From Brevibacillus sp. SYP-B805 (GTDB taxonomy: Bacteria > Bacillota > Bacilli > Brevibacillales > Brevibacillaceae): DNA of 64,000 nt. This document shows, piece by piece, positions 34,513-43,151 of the stretch (position 1 is the stretch's first letter; the number at the start of each line of letters is the position of its first letter). Below the pieces are notes generated by a model. It made no database searches. It saw nothing but the letters and a program-made list of their open reading frames with translations, and was not told the DNA's origin. A program made the position numbers and the translations under genes. The DNA lies in assembly GCF_011059135.1 (NCBI RefSeq), contig NZ_JAALGD010000020.1, forward strand, positions 1 to 64,000. Direction: 5' to 3'.

Positions 34513-36773
34513 TACTTCGCAAACGGTTGACGGTTATCCTGCAGTTCGCTCCGTTTTTCCAGGAAGCGGTAGAAGGCGAGTGCGGCATCTGCGCGCGAGA
34601 CGGTGTCACCGGGGTGGAAACGGTTTCCGTCGGCAGGCATGATGCCGAGGGAGTTGACGATCGCGATCGCGCCTTTTACCTTGGAATTCTGGATGTCAGT
34701 CAGTTCAGAGCGGAACATGTCGTCATGCTGGGAAAGCTTCTTCAGTCCGAGCGCCCGCACGATCATGTCGGCCAGTTCTTCACGGGTGATGGCGTCATCC
34801 GGATGCAGCGTCTTCGAGGATTTGTCCAGGATGCCCTGATCGACGGCCGCTTCAACGGACGCGAAGTAGCGGGAGCCGCTGGCCACATCCTGATAGGAAG
34901 CTTTCCGCTGGGCATAGGCGCCCGAGAAAAAGCGGCCGCGGTTCATGGAAATCATCAGCATCTCGATCATCTCGCCGCGCGTAATGGCCCTGTCGGGAAG
35001 CACCTTGCCGTCGATCAGAGAGATGGCATCGTACTCGTACATCAGCATCAGCGCCTTCTCCGCCGGATGACCGGAGATATCGGCCGGCACGGGACGATGG
35101 ATCATGGCCACATCGCCGTTCGCTTCGTTTCGCCATTCGCCGGTGACGGCATCAAGCACATACGGCTGCTCATACGGCGTGGTGCTGATCCGGTAGACCA
35201 GTTCCGCCTGGCGGACCGGTATCTCGACATTCCCTCTGCTCTTGGCCTCGCGCACCAGCTTCGGGTCAAGCGGCGGCACCAGATAGACCAGCTCGATCTC
35301 GGCTTCCTTCAGCCAGGCGGCCATTGCCTCCTCGGCCGACTTGTGGGCGGGAAGCGAGGGCGGGTAAGTCTCCCGGCCGATCTCCAGATTGTAATTCACC
35401 AGCTCTCCGGTAACGGTGTCGAACGAGACGCTGGCAGAGCCGGTGGCGGATGGAATGCCGTTTACGTAGCGTTTGAACGCAAAGGTGGCGCGCGTGTCAT
35501 CGGCACTGTACGGCTCGGCATCCGCCTGTGTCGTCAGATAGAACTGCGGGGCCAGCGTAGGTGTCCAGCGGCGCAGGCTTTCGATCGCTTTTGCTTTCAG
35601 ATCATCCGCTGTCCATTTCGGTTTGGCCGCTTGCGTGACGGGACGCTTCTCCCTGGAAAAACTGTAGACATCGCCTGTCTGGGCGTCGATGGAAAGAAAG
35701 AGGTAGCCGGGGGTGATGGCTTTATCCTTTGCTTCAAATTCCAGATTCCAGACAGGACGGTTGCCGCGGTAATCCTTCTCGTTGTAATTGGCCCCGCGCA
35801 GTTCATACAGGGACAGATCAAACAGCTTCTGGGCAAGGCGAACGGCCATCTCCTGGCTGAGAGGATTGCCCTGGTAAAGCGGGGCGAGCGGTTTGGTGCT
35901 GACGGGTATCGGGCCGCTCTCATTGCTGCGCGGCTTCAGGGAAAGAGTAAGCGGCTTGCCCGTTTTGGCGTCCAGGTAAAACGTGAACGGATTGCGATAG
36001 ACAAGATAGAGTTCGTTCTGGCCGTTATCCGCTTTTTCCCATGGGATCATGTAGGACAGACCCGCCTGTGCCTGTGCCTGAAAGGCAGCCAGCGCCTTTT
36101 CCCTTGACAGGATCGAATCGGTCCGGGGGAGCGTGATCCGATCGTTCCATTCCATATGCATACCGGTAACTTTTCCTTCGCCGTTCACCACGATGTCGAC
36201 ATAATTGTCGGGGAAGAGAACGCCATCCACCAGCCGCACATAATGGAAGGTATAAAACGCATTGCTGTCCAGCGGGGGCTTCGCCTGCGGCAGATCGCGA
36301 TCATACAGACGCATTTTCCCTACCTTGGCGGGCAGGACTTGCGCGAAAAAACGGTCTGCTACCTGTTGAGCCTCTTCGCGGGAGATCTGAGAAGCGAAGG
36401 CCGGCGCACTCTGCTTCTCTTCAAAATAATTGTAGTTGGTCAGCTCGCCGGTATCGGCATTGATGCTGACATTGATGTTTGTGGAGGTTTCGCCGTTCTC
36501 TTTGCCTTGTTTCCCCCAGGTAAACGACCACTCGGGAATCGGCCGCCACACATCAGCGCTGCGGAAGTACGCGTTTTCCAACTCCACATCGCTTGGCAGA
36601 CTGATCAGGGAAGCGGCCCTTTGCAAAGCGGCTTCTCTGGAAAATTTGGCGTTGACGGCGGCTGCGGCTGCGTACTCGGGGGCAGGCTGTTTCCATGCGG
36701 CCGCAGCGGGAGTTACAGGGGCAAGCAAGCTGGCGGACAGAAGAATTAGCCATGATCGTTTGGCTGCAGTCAT
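34512..36773 (-). CDS. Secreted S-layer-homology (SLH) domain protein with N-terminal PepSY/YcdB-like repeats (753 aa).
   Basis: Signal peptide MTAAKRSWLILLSASLLAPVTPAAAA. There are internal repeated ~100-aa modules and three C-terminal SLH motifs (...ITRGEMIEMLMIS..., ...ITREELADMIVRAL..., ...VSRADAALAFYRFL...). Confidence 0.7.
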   Translation of the reverse strand: MTAAKRSWLILLSASLLAPVTPAAAAWKQPAPEYAAAAAVNAKFSREAALQRAASLISLPSDVELENAYFRSADVWRPIPEWSFTWGKQGKENGETSTNINVSINADTGELTNYNYFEEKQSAPAFASQISREEAQQVADRFFAQVLPAKVGKMRLYDRDLPQAKPPLDSNAFYTFHYVRLVDGVLFPDNYVDIVVNGEGKVTGMHMEWNDRITLPRTDSILSREKALAAFQAQAQAGLSYMIPWEKADNGQNELYLVYRNPFTFYLDAKTGKPLTLSLKPRSNESGPIPVSTKPLAPLYQGNPLSQEMAVRLAQKLFDLSLYELRGANYNEKDYRGNRPVWNLEFEAKDKAITPGYLFLSIDAQTGDVYSFSREKRPVTQAAKPKWTADDLKAKAIESLRRWTPTLAPQFYLTTQADAEPYSADDTRATFAFKRYVNGIPSATGSASVSFDTVTGELVNYNLEIGRETYPPSLPAHKSAEEAMAAWLKEAEIELVYLVPPLDPKLVREAKSRGNVEIPVRQAELVYRISTTPYEQPYVLDAVTGEWRNEANGDVAMIHRPVPADISGHPAEKALMLMYEYDAISLIDGKVLPDRAITRGEMIEMLMISMNRGRFFSGAYAQRKASYQDVASGSRYFASVEAAVDQGILDKSSKTLHPDDAITREELADMIVRALGLKKLSQHDDMFRSELTDIQNSKVKGAIAIVNSLGIMPADGNRFHPGDTVSRADAALAFYRFLEKRSELQDNRQPFAK

Positions 36774-36966
36774 GTTCCGATCCCTCCATGATGGAATGTC
36801 TACTCAAAAGCTGTGACGAACAGGAAAAGAGCGGCGTTTCATCCGCTGCCGCAAAATATCTTTTACAGCTGGAAAAATGTACACTCTATTACGAAGATTA
36901 TGGCATGATCGGTTGTGATCATTTATAATAGAATCGTATGAAAATGGCTTCGGGGGATTTTGCACA

Positions 36967-37554
36967 ATGGCAACCCTACTCTACCTGATCCGCCATGGCG
37001 AGACCGAATGGAACAAGGCCAAACGCATTCAGGGACACAGCGATATTGCGCTGAATGCATCCGGCATCCTTCAGGCGGAGCGATTGGCTGAATGGTACAA
37101 AACGCACGCTTTTCATGCGATCTATGCCAGTGATCTCGAGCGGGCCCGACACACCGCTCTCCTATTGGCAGAAGCAATCGGCATATCCGTCCGCACACTG
37201 CCTTCCCTCCGCGAACGCTGTTACGGCGAATGGGAAGGTTTAACTTATGAGGAGATCCGTGAACGATTCCATGCCGTGGATCCGAATCAGTCGCTCTACG
37301 GCATCGAATCCTTTGCGGCCATGCAGCAGAGAGCCGCTGCATGCCTGACGCGGCTGGCGGCAGCGCACGCCAACGAAATGATTGCGGCGGTCAGCCACGG
37401 CGGATTCATCAATGCGTTTCTTCACCTTGTAACCGAAGGCAAACAGGGAACAGGCATATCCCGTATCGATAATACGGGCGTATGCGTGTTTCGTTATGCG
37501 GATGATCGCTGGGAAGTGCTGAAAGTGAATGACACCGCGCATTTGCAATTGTGA
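36967..37554 (+). CDS. Histidine phosphatase family (phosphoglycerate-mutase-like) protein.
   Basis: LIRHGETEWN...RIQGHSD is the RHG catalytic motif. Confidence 0.8.
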   Translation: MATLLYLIRHGETEWNKAKRIQGHSDIALNASGILQAERLAEWYKTHAFHAIYASDLERARHTALLLAEAIGISVRTLPSLRERCYGEWEGLTYEEIRERFHAVDPNQSLYGIESFAAMQQRAAACLTRLAAAHANEMIAAVSHGGFINAFLHLVTEGKQGTGISRIDNTGVCVFRYADDRWEVLKVNDTAHLQL

Positions 37555-37575
37555 AAAGGAGAGGGAAATTCAAAA

Positions 37576-39843
37576 GTGGCGAGCAAAATGCTGGGTAAAT
37601 TGGAAACTGTATTTTCATACATGGCCCACTTTTTTTTGCAGTCCTGGCCGGTGCATCGCCCGGGAATCCTTTTCCTGGCAGATCATGCAGGCCGTCTGCT
37701 GAAGATCATCCCTCTCCAGGACAGGCAAACGTGGTGTCCCTCCTGTTTTCCGTATCTGGAGGGAGATACCATCGCCGATGATTCCGCTGCTGTTCCGATG
37801 CGGGCATTGCGAACCGGTCAAATAACGACAGGGGAAGCGGACTGCCCGGATGGCACGGTTCGCTTGGGCGCATTCCCGGTAAAAGAGAATGACGGCACGG
37901 TGCGGGCGGTGATCGGGCTGATCTATCCCGCAGCCGATTCCGATCTGGATCTGCATTCCTATCTGCATGGACTGGAACCGTTGATCCTGATGGGATATGA
38001 CGCGTATATCCAGCATGCGACAAGCGAAATCGTGATGAATGTAAACCGCTATGACCGCAGCGGAGCGCTGATCAAAAGCTTGATTAAGCAGATTGCCGCC
38101 ATCATTGACAAGGGCTACTGCTCTGCGGTCAAGCTTTCGGACAATGGCACCCTGCTGCCGCAGGAACGGTTGACCACGGAGGGGCAGGAGAAGAACGCCA
38201 CCCATCTGGCGCAAATCCTGCCGCGTTTTTTGGATAAGCCGATCAAGCCGATGGTGCTGGATGACGATCGGACCGTGATTTTCCCTGTGTATTGCGAAGG
38301 CAGGCCGCTGACCGCCCTTTTCCTTCACATTCCGCCGGAAGAAGCGGACTGCAGGTATGATGTGCGGGATGTCGCTTTTTTGCAGGAGGTGGGGGAGAAG
38401 GTCAGCTACTCGATCCTGCGTGCGGCGATTGCGGATGAACTGCGGCATGATGCCCGCAAGAAAGATCTGCTTTATCAATTGACGAAAAAGATTCAGGCTT
38501 CGATCGATGTCAACGATGTGCTGGAAGAAATCATGAACAGCATCCATCAGTTTTATCCCTATCTGGATGCCGAACTGTTCCTGACGGTGGAAACCAACAC
38601 GACGCTGCCGGTCAAACCGCTCTCCTTTCAGTCGGGAGAATCTGATGTGAGCGTGCAGGCGTATCTGGAAGGACGGCTGGTTGTCTCCAAGAACGACGCG
38701 CAGGGCCGCCCGATGGTCGTGATTGCCGCCCCTCTTCTGGGGAAGCAGGGGATATACGGCGTGCTGCAGTTGACAGCCAACGAGCTGGTGAGCGTCAGCG
38801 ACAATGAAACGGCCTATATCTCGATCCTGGCCGAAACAGCGGGGACGGCTTTTGAAAACGCGCAGCTCTACCAGCAATCGCGCAATCTGATCCGGGAGCT
38901 GCGCCTGATCAACCAAATGGCGCAGCAGTTGAACCGCAGCTTGAATCTGGACGAGATACTTCAGTTTGTGACCAAAACGCTGCTGGAAACCTTTGCGGCC
39001 GAATACTGTGCCATTTTGCGCCGAATGGACGACGATACGGACAAGCTGGTGGTCATCTCGTCATCAACACCGGAGCATGTGGGCAAAGTCGTCTCTTCCC
39101 AGGAGGGGCCCTTGGCGGACATGTTCTGCAGCAAGCAGGCGATGATCCTGGCTCAGCCGGAGATAACCCCGTTTTCGCTCGTGCCGTACACGTCGCTGAT
39201 GGCGGTTCCGCTCCTGCGGGAAGCGGAAGTGACGGGAGTCCTGTTGGTAAGCGATTCGCGTCCGCATTATTTCAGCTTCGATGATTACAAGCTGCTGGAA
39301 ATTTTCGGCCAGCATACGAGTTTGGCCATCACCAATGCGATGCTGCACAATGAAGTGGAGCGGATGGTCATCACCGACAACCTGACGGGCCTCTACTCCC
39401 GCCGCTATCTGAACGACCGGATGCGCCAGTCGCTGGAGCAGGATCCGTTCGGTTCGCTGATCCTCATCGACATCGATTTCTTCAAAAATGTGAACGACAC
39501 CTACGGGCATCAGGTGGGAGATGAAGTGCTGGTGCAGGTGGCCAATGTGATCAAACACTGCATCCGGGAGACGGATATCGCCGCGCGCTGGGGCGGGGAA
39601 GAATTGGCTGTCTACCTGCCCCGCGTCGATATCCCCAGCGCCTTGATGATTGCGGAGCGCATCCGTTCCCATGTCGAGAAGGAAACCGTGCCGACGGTAA
39701 CCATTTCCAGCGGACTTTCCAAATGGGACCGGCAATATAATCACAATATGAGCGTGGAGAACATTTTCCACCATGCCGACATCGCGCTGTATGAAGCGAA
39801 AAAAAGAGGCAGAAACCAGATCAGATTGGCATCGCACGGGTAA
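37576..39843 (+). CDS. Sensor diguanylate cyclase with GAF domains and a C-terminal GGDEF domain (755 aa).
   Basis: The C-terminus has ...DNLTGLYSRRYL...RWGGEELAV (GGEEL active site). Upstream there are at least two GAF-like modules. Confidence 0.8.
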   Translation: MASKMLGKLETVFSYMAHFFLQSWPVHRPGILFLADHAGRLLKIIPLQDRQTWCPSCFPYLEGDTIADDSAAVPMRALRTGQITTGEADCPDGTVRLGAFPVKENDGTVRAVIGLIYPAADSDLDLHSYLHGLEPLILMGYDAYIQHATSEIVMNVNRYDRSGALIKSLIKQIAAIIDKGYCSAVKLSDNGTLLPQERLTTEGQEKNATHLAQILPRFLDKPIKPMVLDDDRTVIFPVYCEGRPLTALFLHIPPEEADCRYDVRDVAFLQEVGEKVSYSILRAAIADELRHDARKKDLLYQLTKKIQASIDVNDVLEEIMNSIHQFYPYLDAELFLTVETNTTLPVKPLSFQSGESDVSVQAYLEGRLVVSKNDAQGRPMVVIAAPLLGKQGIYGVLQLTANELVSVSDNETAYISILAETAGTAFENAQLYQQSRNLIRELRLINQMAQQLNRSLNLDEILQFVTKTLLETFAAEYCAILRRMDDDTDKLVVISSSTPEHVGKVVSSQEGPLADMFCSKQAMILAQPEITPFSLVPYTSLMAVPLLREAEVTGVLLVSDSRPHYFSFDDYKLLEIFGQHTSLAITNAMLHNEVERMVITDNLTGLYSRRYLNDRMRQSLEQDPFGSLILIDIDFFKNVNDTYGHQVGDEVLVQVANVIKHCIRETDIAARWGGEELAVYLPRVDIPSALMIAERIRSHVEKETVPTVTISSGLSKWDRQYNHNMSVENIFHHADIALYEAKKRGRNQIRLASHG

Positions 39844-39989
39844 ACGTCTTTGCAGGAGGGGCATCCGCCCCTTTTTCTGTTAGGTAATGCGTTTGGGGGG
39901 CAGAGGGTTTGCAGCCGGGAAAGGGGGCGGGACCCCGTCCTGCAGCGCTGGCGAGCGCCGGGCGCCTTTTCGAGAATGGAGGAGTGGAC

Positions 39990-40991
39990 ATGAATACAAG
40001 CGATCATCAACAAGCGGGCAGCGTTCAAGAAGCGGCACCGGGGGTGTATCTGATCGAGATTCCCACCCCGTTTGCCGTCGGACCGGTGAATGTTTATCTG
40101 ATAGCGGGGGAAGCGTTGACCCTGGTCGATGCCGGCCCGCTGACACCGGAGGCCTGGGAGGCGCTGAAGCGGGGGATCGAGTGGACGGGACACCGGATGG
40201 AGGAGATTGAACAGGTGGTGCTGACCCACCATCACGTGGATCACTGCGGCTTGCTGGCCAAGGTGCGCGCCGTTTCCGGGGCGCAGGTTTATGCGCATCC
40301 GCTGGCGGTTCCTTACGTGGAGCAGGACGAGGCTTTCATGCAGTTTCACGACCGGTTTTTCTACGAACTGTACCGGGAGTGCGGCGTGCCGGAAGAGAAA
40401 TTGATGATCATCCGGAAATATCATCAAAAAGTGCTTACCTTTGCCGAACCCTGCCGGATCGACGGGCACTTGAAACATGAGCAAACCGTTCCCCGCCTGT
40501 CGGATTGGCAGGTGCTGTATACGCCGGGCCATTCCCAAAGCCATCTCTCCCTGTATCGGGCCAAGGACAGGGTATTGATCGCGGGCGACCATATCATCAA
40601 GCGGATTTCCTCCAATGCCTTCATCGAACCGCCGCGTGACCAGTCGCACACCAGGCCGCTGACGCTGGTTCAGTACCGGACCGCTTTGGAGATGTGTGCC
40701 GCCAAGGAGATCGACCTGGTCCTGGCCGGCCACGGCGAACCGGTGACCAATCACCGGGAATTGATTACCCAGCGGCTCCAGCGCAACTGGGAGCGGACAA
40801 ACACGCTGCGCAGCTTTCTCCGGGAAGGAGAGAAGACCGCTTACGAGCTGACCACCCTGCTCTTTCCGCAGATCTTTGAAAAGGAGCTGCCGCTGACGCT
40901 CTCCGAAACGCTGGGCCATATCGATCTCCTGATGATCCTGCATCAGCTGGAGACCAGAAGACGCGACGGGGCCATCTACTATTCCCTGTAA
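39990..40991 (+). CDS. MBL-fold metallo-hydrolase.
   Basis: THHHVDHCG is the HxHxDH motif. Further downstream there are His/Asp ligands. Confidence 0.75.
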   Translation: MNTSDHQQAGSVQEAAPGVYLIEIPTPFAVGPVNVYLIAGEALTLVDAGPLTPEAWEALKRGIEWTGHRMEEIEQVVLTHHHVDHCGLLAKVRAVSGAQVYAHPLAVPYVEQDEAFMQFHDRFFYELYRECGVPEEKLMIIRKYHQKVLTFAEPCRIDGHLKHEQTVPRLSDWQVLYTPGHSQSHLSLYRAKDRVLIAGDHIIKRISSNAFIEPPRDQSHTRPLTLVQYRTALEMCAAKEIDLVLAGHGEPVTNHRELITQRLQRNWERTNTLRSFLREGEKTAYELTTLLFPQIFEKELPLTLSETLGHIDLLMILHQLETRRRDGAIYYSL

Positions 40992-41057
40992 ACCTTTGAC
41001 GGAAATGGAATAAGCCCTCCCTTCCCCGGAAACCCTAACGGGGAAGAGGAGGGAATC

Positions 41058-41948
41058 GTGATGAAACGGATGTACAGCGCCCTGATCGGTTCATGTCTGG
41101 CGATCCTGTGTACGGCGGCAGTCGGCTGCACCCGGGGGCAGACGGCGCAAACGACGCAAACCGCGCAAACGGCTGCGGCCCAGTATGCCAAGGTGCGCGA
41201 CAATTTTCTCGCCCAGCAGAGTTACGCTTTTTACGGTTCAACCAAACTGTTGGCCGGGGAAACGGCAAACGGCAATGTGGTCAGCTTCTCCGGCCAAAAA
41301 AACGGCAATGATACCTTTCTGAATGTGAAATTGTCGTTTCCCGACCAGAAACGGGTCGACTCCATGTCGCTGCTCTCGAAGAGCCGGCAGCTGTATGCCA
41401 GATTCGATGACAAGGAAGCCTGGCAGCCGGTAGACAAGCGGGATCGCGCGCTGGAGCAGGAATTGGCCAACTGGCATCCCGATATCAGCTTTCAGCAGAT
41501 GGATGAAATGAAATCCCGTATCATTCCGCTGCAGGATACCAATCCGTCGGACAATCTGGAAGCGTTCCGGGTAACCCTGGATTCGAACAAACTGAAATCC
41601 TGGCTCGCCCGCCAAATGAAGTCCCAGGTGGGCGGCCAGGTCCAGTCGACGCATGCACCCAGGCTGAAGCTGGCGATGCAGCTCTCTGACGGAGAGTGGG
41701 CGGACATGGTAAGGGGAGCCCGCATCCAGGCGGCGCAAACCAGGAAGCAGATCGATGAGATCATCGACCATATGGAGGTTGATGCCGAGTATACGGTCTA
41801 CTACGACCGGCACCGGATGCTGCCGACAAGCCTGGTGATGAACATCCGGTCGGAATACGATCTGGATGACCAACGGGTTCATGAATACTCCAGGGTGGAG
41901 ACGTTCCTGCAGGATTACGGGAGGGAGAAACCGCTGCCGCATCCGTAA
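41058..41948 (+). CDS. Hypothetical lipoprotein (296 aa).
   Basis: Lipobox LTAAVGC (signal peptide MMKRMYSALIGSCLAILCTAAVGC). No recognised domain. Confidence 0.55.
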   Translation: MMKRMYSALIGSCLAILCTAAVGCTRGQTAQTTQTAQTAAAQYAKVRDNFLAQQSYAFYGSTKLLAGETANGNVVSFSGQKNGNDTFLNVKLSFPDQKRVDSMSLLSKSRQLYARFDDKEAWQPVDKRDRALEQELANWHPDISFQQMDEMKSRIIPLQDTNPSDNLEAFRVTLDSNKLKSWLARQMKSQVGGQVQSTHAPRLKLAMQLSDGEWADMVRGARIQAAQTRKQIDEIIDHMEVDAEYTVYYDRHRMLPTSLVMNIRSEYDLDDQRVHEYSRVETFLQDYGREKPLPHP

Positions 41949-41949
41949 A

Positions 41950-42070
41950 AACACCCCGCCGACTTAGCTGTGCTTAACCTCAAACAGTGACGTTTGCTTT
42001 CGAAGCTTATGCCGAATCCTTTTCGGGGACCCCTCAACAAGCTGTGTCGACGGGGGCCCCGCCCCCCTTA
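41950..42070 (-). repeat. GC-rich palindromic repeat with a type-II insert, reverse orientation (R8).
   Basis: The reverse complement reads gggggcggggcccccgtcgacacag...ggggtccccgaaaagg...aagcttcgaaag...ctaagtcggcggggtg. Confidence 0.55.
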
Positions 42071-42477
42071 TACGCAGCGCAGCAGAACCACCCGGCACCA
42101 GCCATGGCTGCTGTCGGGGTGGTTGGGGGAGCGGTATCCGAAATACGACCGGCTCGTAAGCAGCAATCCCGTCAGCCCCCGCACATCATGCCGAAATAGT
42201 CGAACTGTTCCGGCCGTTTCGCATGCGGCAGCCCCTGGACGTTTTCTTCCCGCCTCCCGTTTTCATACTTTCATGATCGGTGGCTGCGGTTGGCAGGAAA
42301 TCTGGAAAACATTGTCGAATTTACCGCAGAGAACGCTTTTTCTTGGCGGATGGTCTGTACTATAATTAGAAAATGCCAGCCGAAATTTGCCAGCCGGCAT
42401 CGGCAAGGGATTCAAGAGAGCCTGGTGCGTCTGCTCTCCTTCCGCTTCACCTGGTGTAACGTGGGGAGTGAACATGA

Positions 42478-43128
42478 GTGGGAGAAAGAGATCGGGAACC
42501 GAACAACAAATCCTCGCATCCAACCAGGAAGCGTATCCTGGAAGCGGCGGCGAAGCTGTTCGACGCACAGGGCTACAACGGCACAACCGTCCGTCAGATT
42601 GCCGAGGAAGCCAAGGTGAATGTCGCGCTGATTTCCTATTATTTCCAGGGGAAACAGGGAGTTCTGGAGGTTTTGATCTCCCATTACTTTGAAACGTTCT
42701 TTCGCCTGCTGGCCGACGACGCGCTGAAGGAGCGGCAGCTGTGCGCATTCGACAAGCTGCTTGCGGTGGTTCGGCTTTATGTTTTTTTCCAGCGGGATCA
42801 CGCGGCGATCTCCCGGTTGATCCAACGGGAGCTGAGCGTGGAATCCATGCTCGCCCGTGAAGTGATGACGCTGTATATTAATCGGTGGAAACATGAATTC
42901 GCCATCATTCTGGAAGAGGGAATGAATGCGGGAGAATTTGCAAAAATTCCTGTGGAACATGTGCTGCTGGCCATGTCCAGCATGCTGATATACCCCTACC
43001 TCAACCCGCAGTTCGTCCGTGAAGTGTTTTACCTCGAACCGGCTTCGGACGAATTCTGCGAATGGTTGGTGGCATCCGTATCGGAATTGCTCCGGTCCCT
43101 GCTGTTGTCCTCCCATACCCGAAAGTAA
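42478..43128 (+). CDS. TetR/AcrR-family transcriptional regulator.
   Basis: TRKRILEAAAKLFDAQGYNGTTVRQIAEEAKVNVALISYYFQGK is the HTH. GTG start. The N-terminus is uncertain; see finding. Confidence 0.7.
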   Translation: MGERDREPNNKSSHPTRKRILEAAAKLFDAQGYNGTTVRQIAEEAKVNVALISYYFQGKQGVLEVLISHYFETFFRLLADDALKERQLCAFDKLLAVVRLYVFFQRDHAAISRLIQRELSVESMLAREVMTLYINRWKHEFAIILEEGMNAGEFAKIPVEHVLLAMSSMLIYPYLNPQFVREVFYLEPASDEFCEWLVASVSELLRSLLLSSHTRK

Positions 43129-43151
43129 GAATCCAAAGGGGTTGTCCAATC

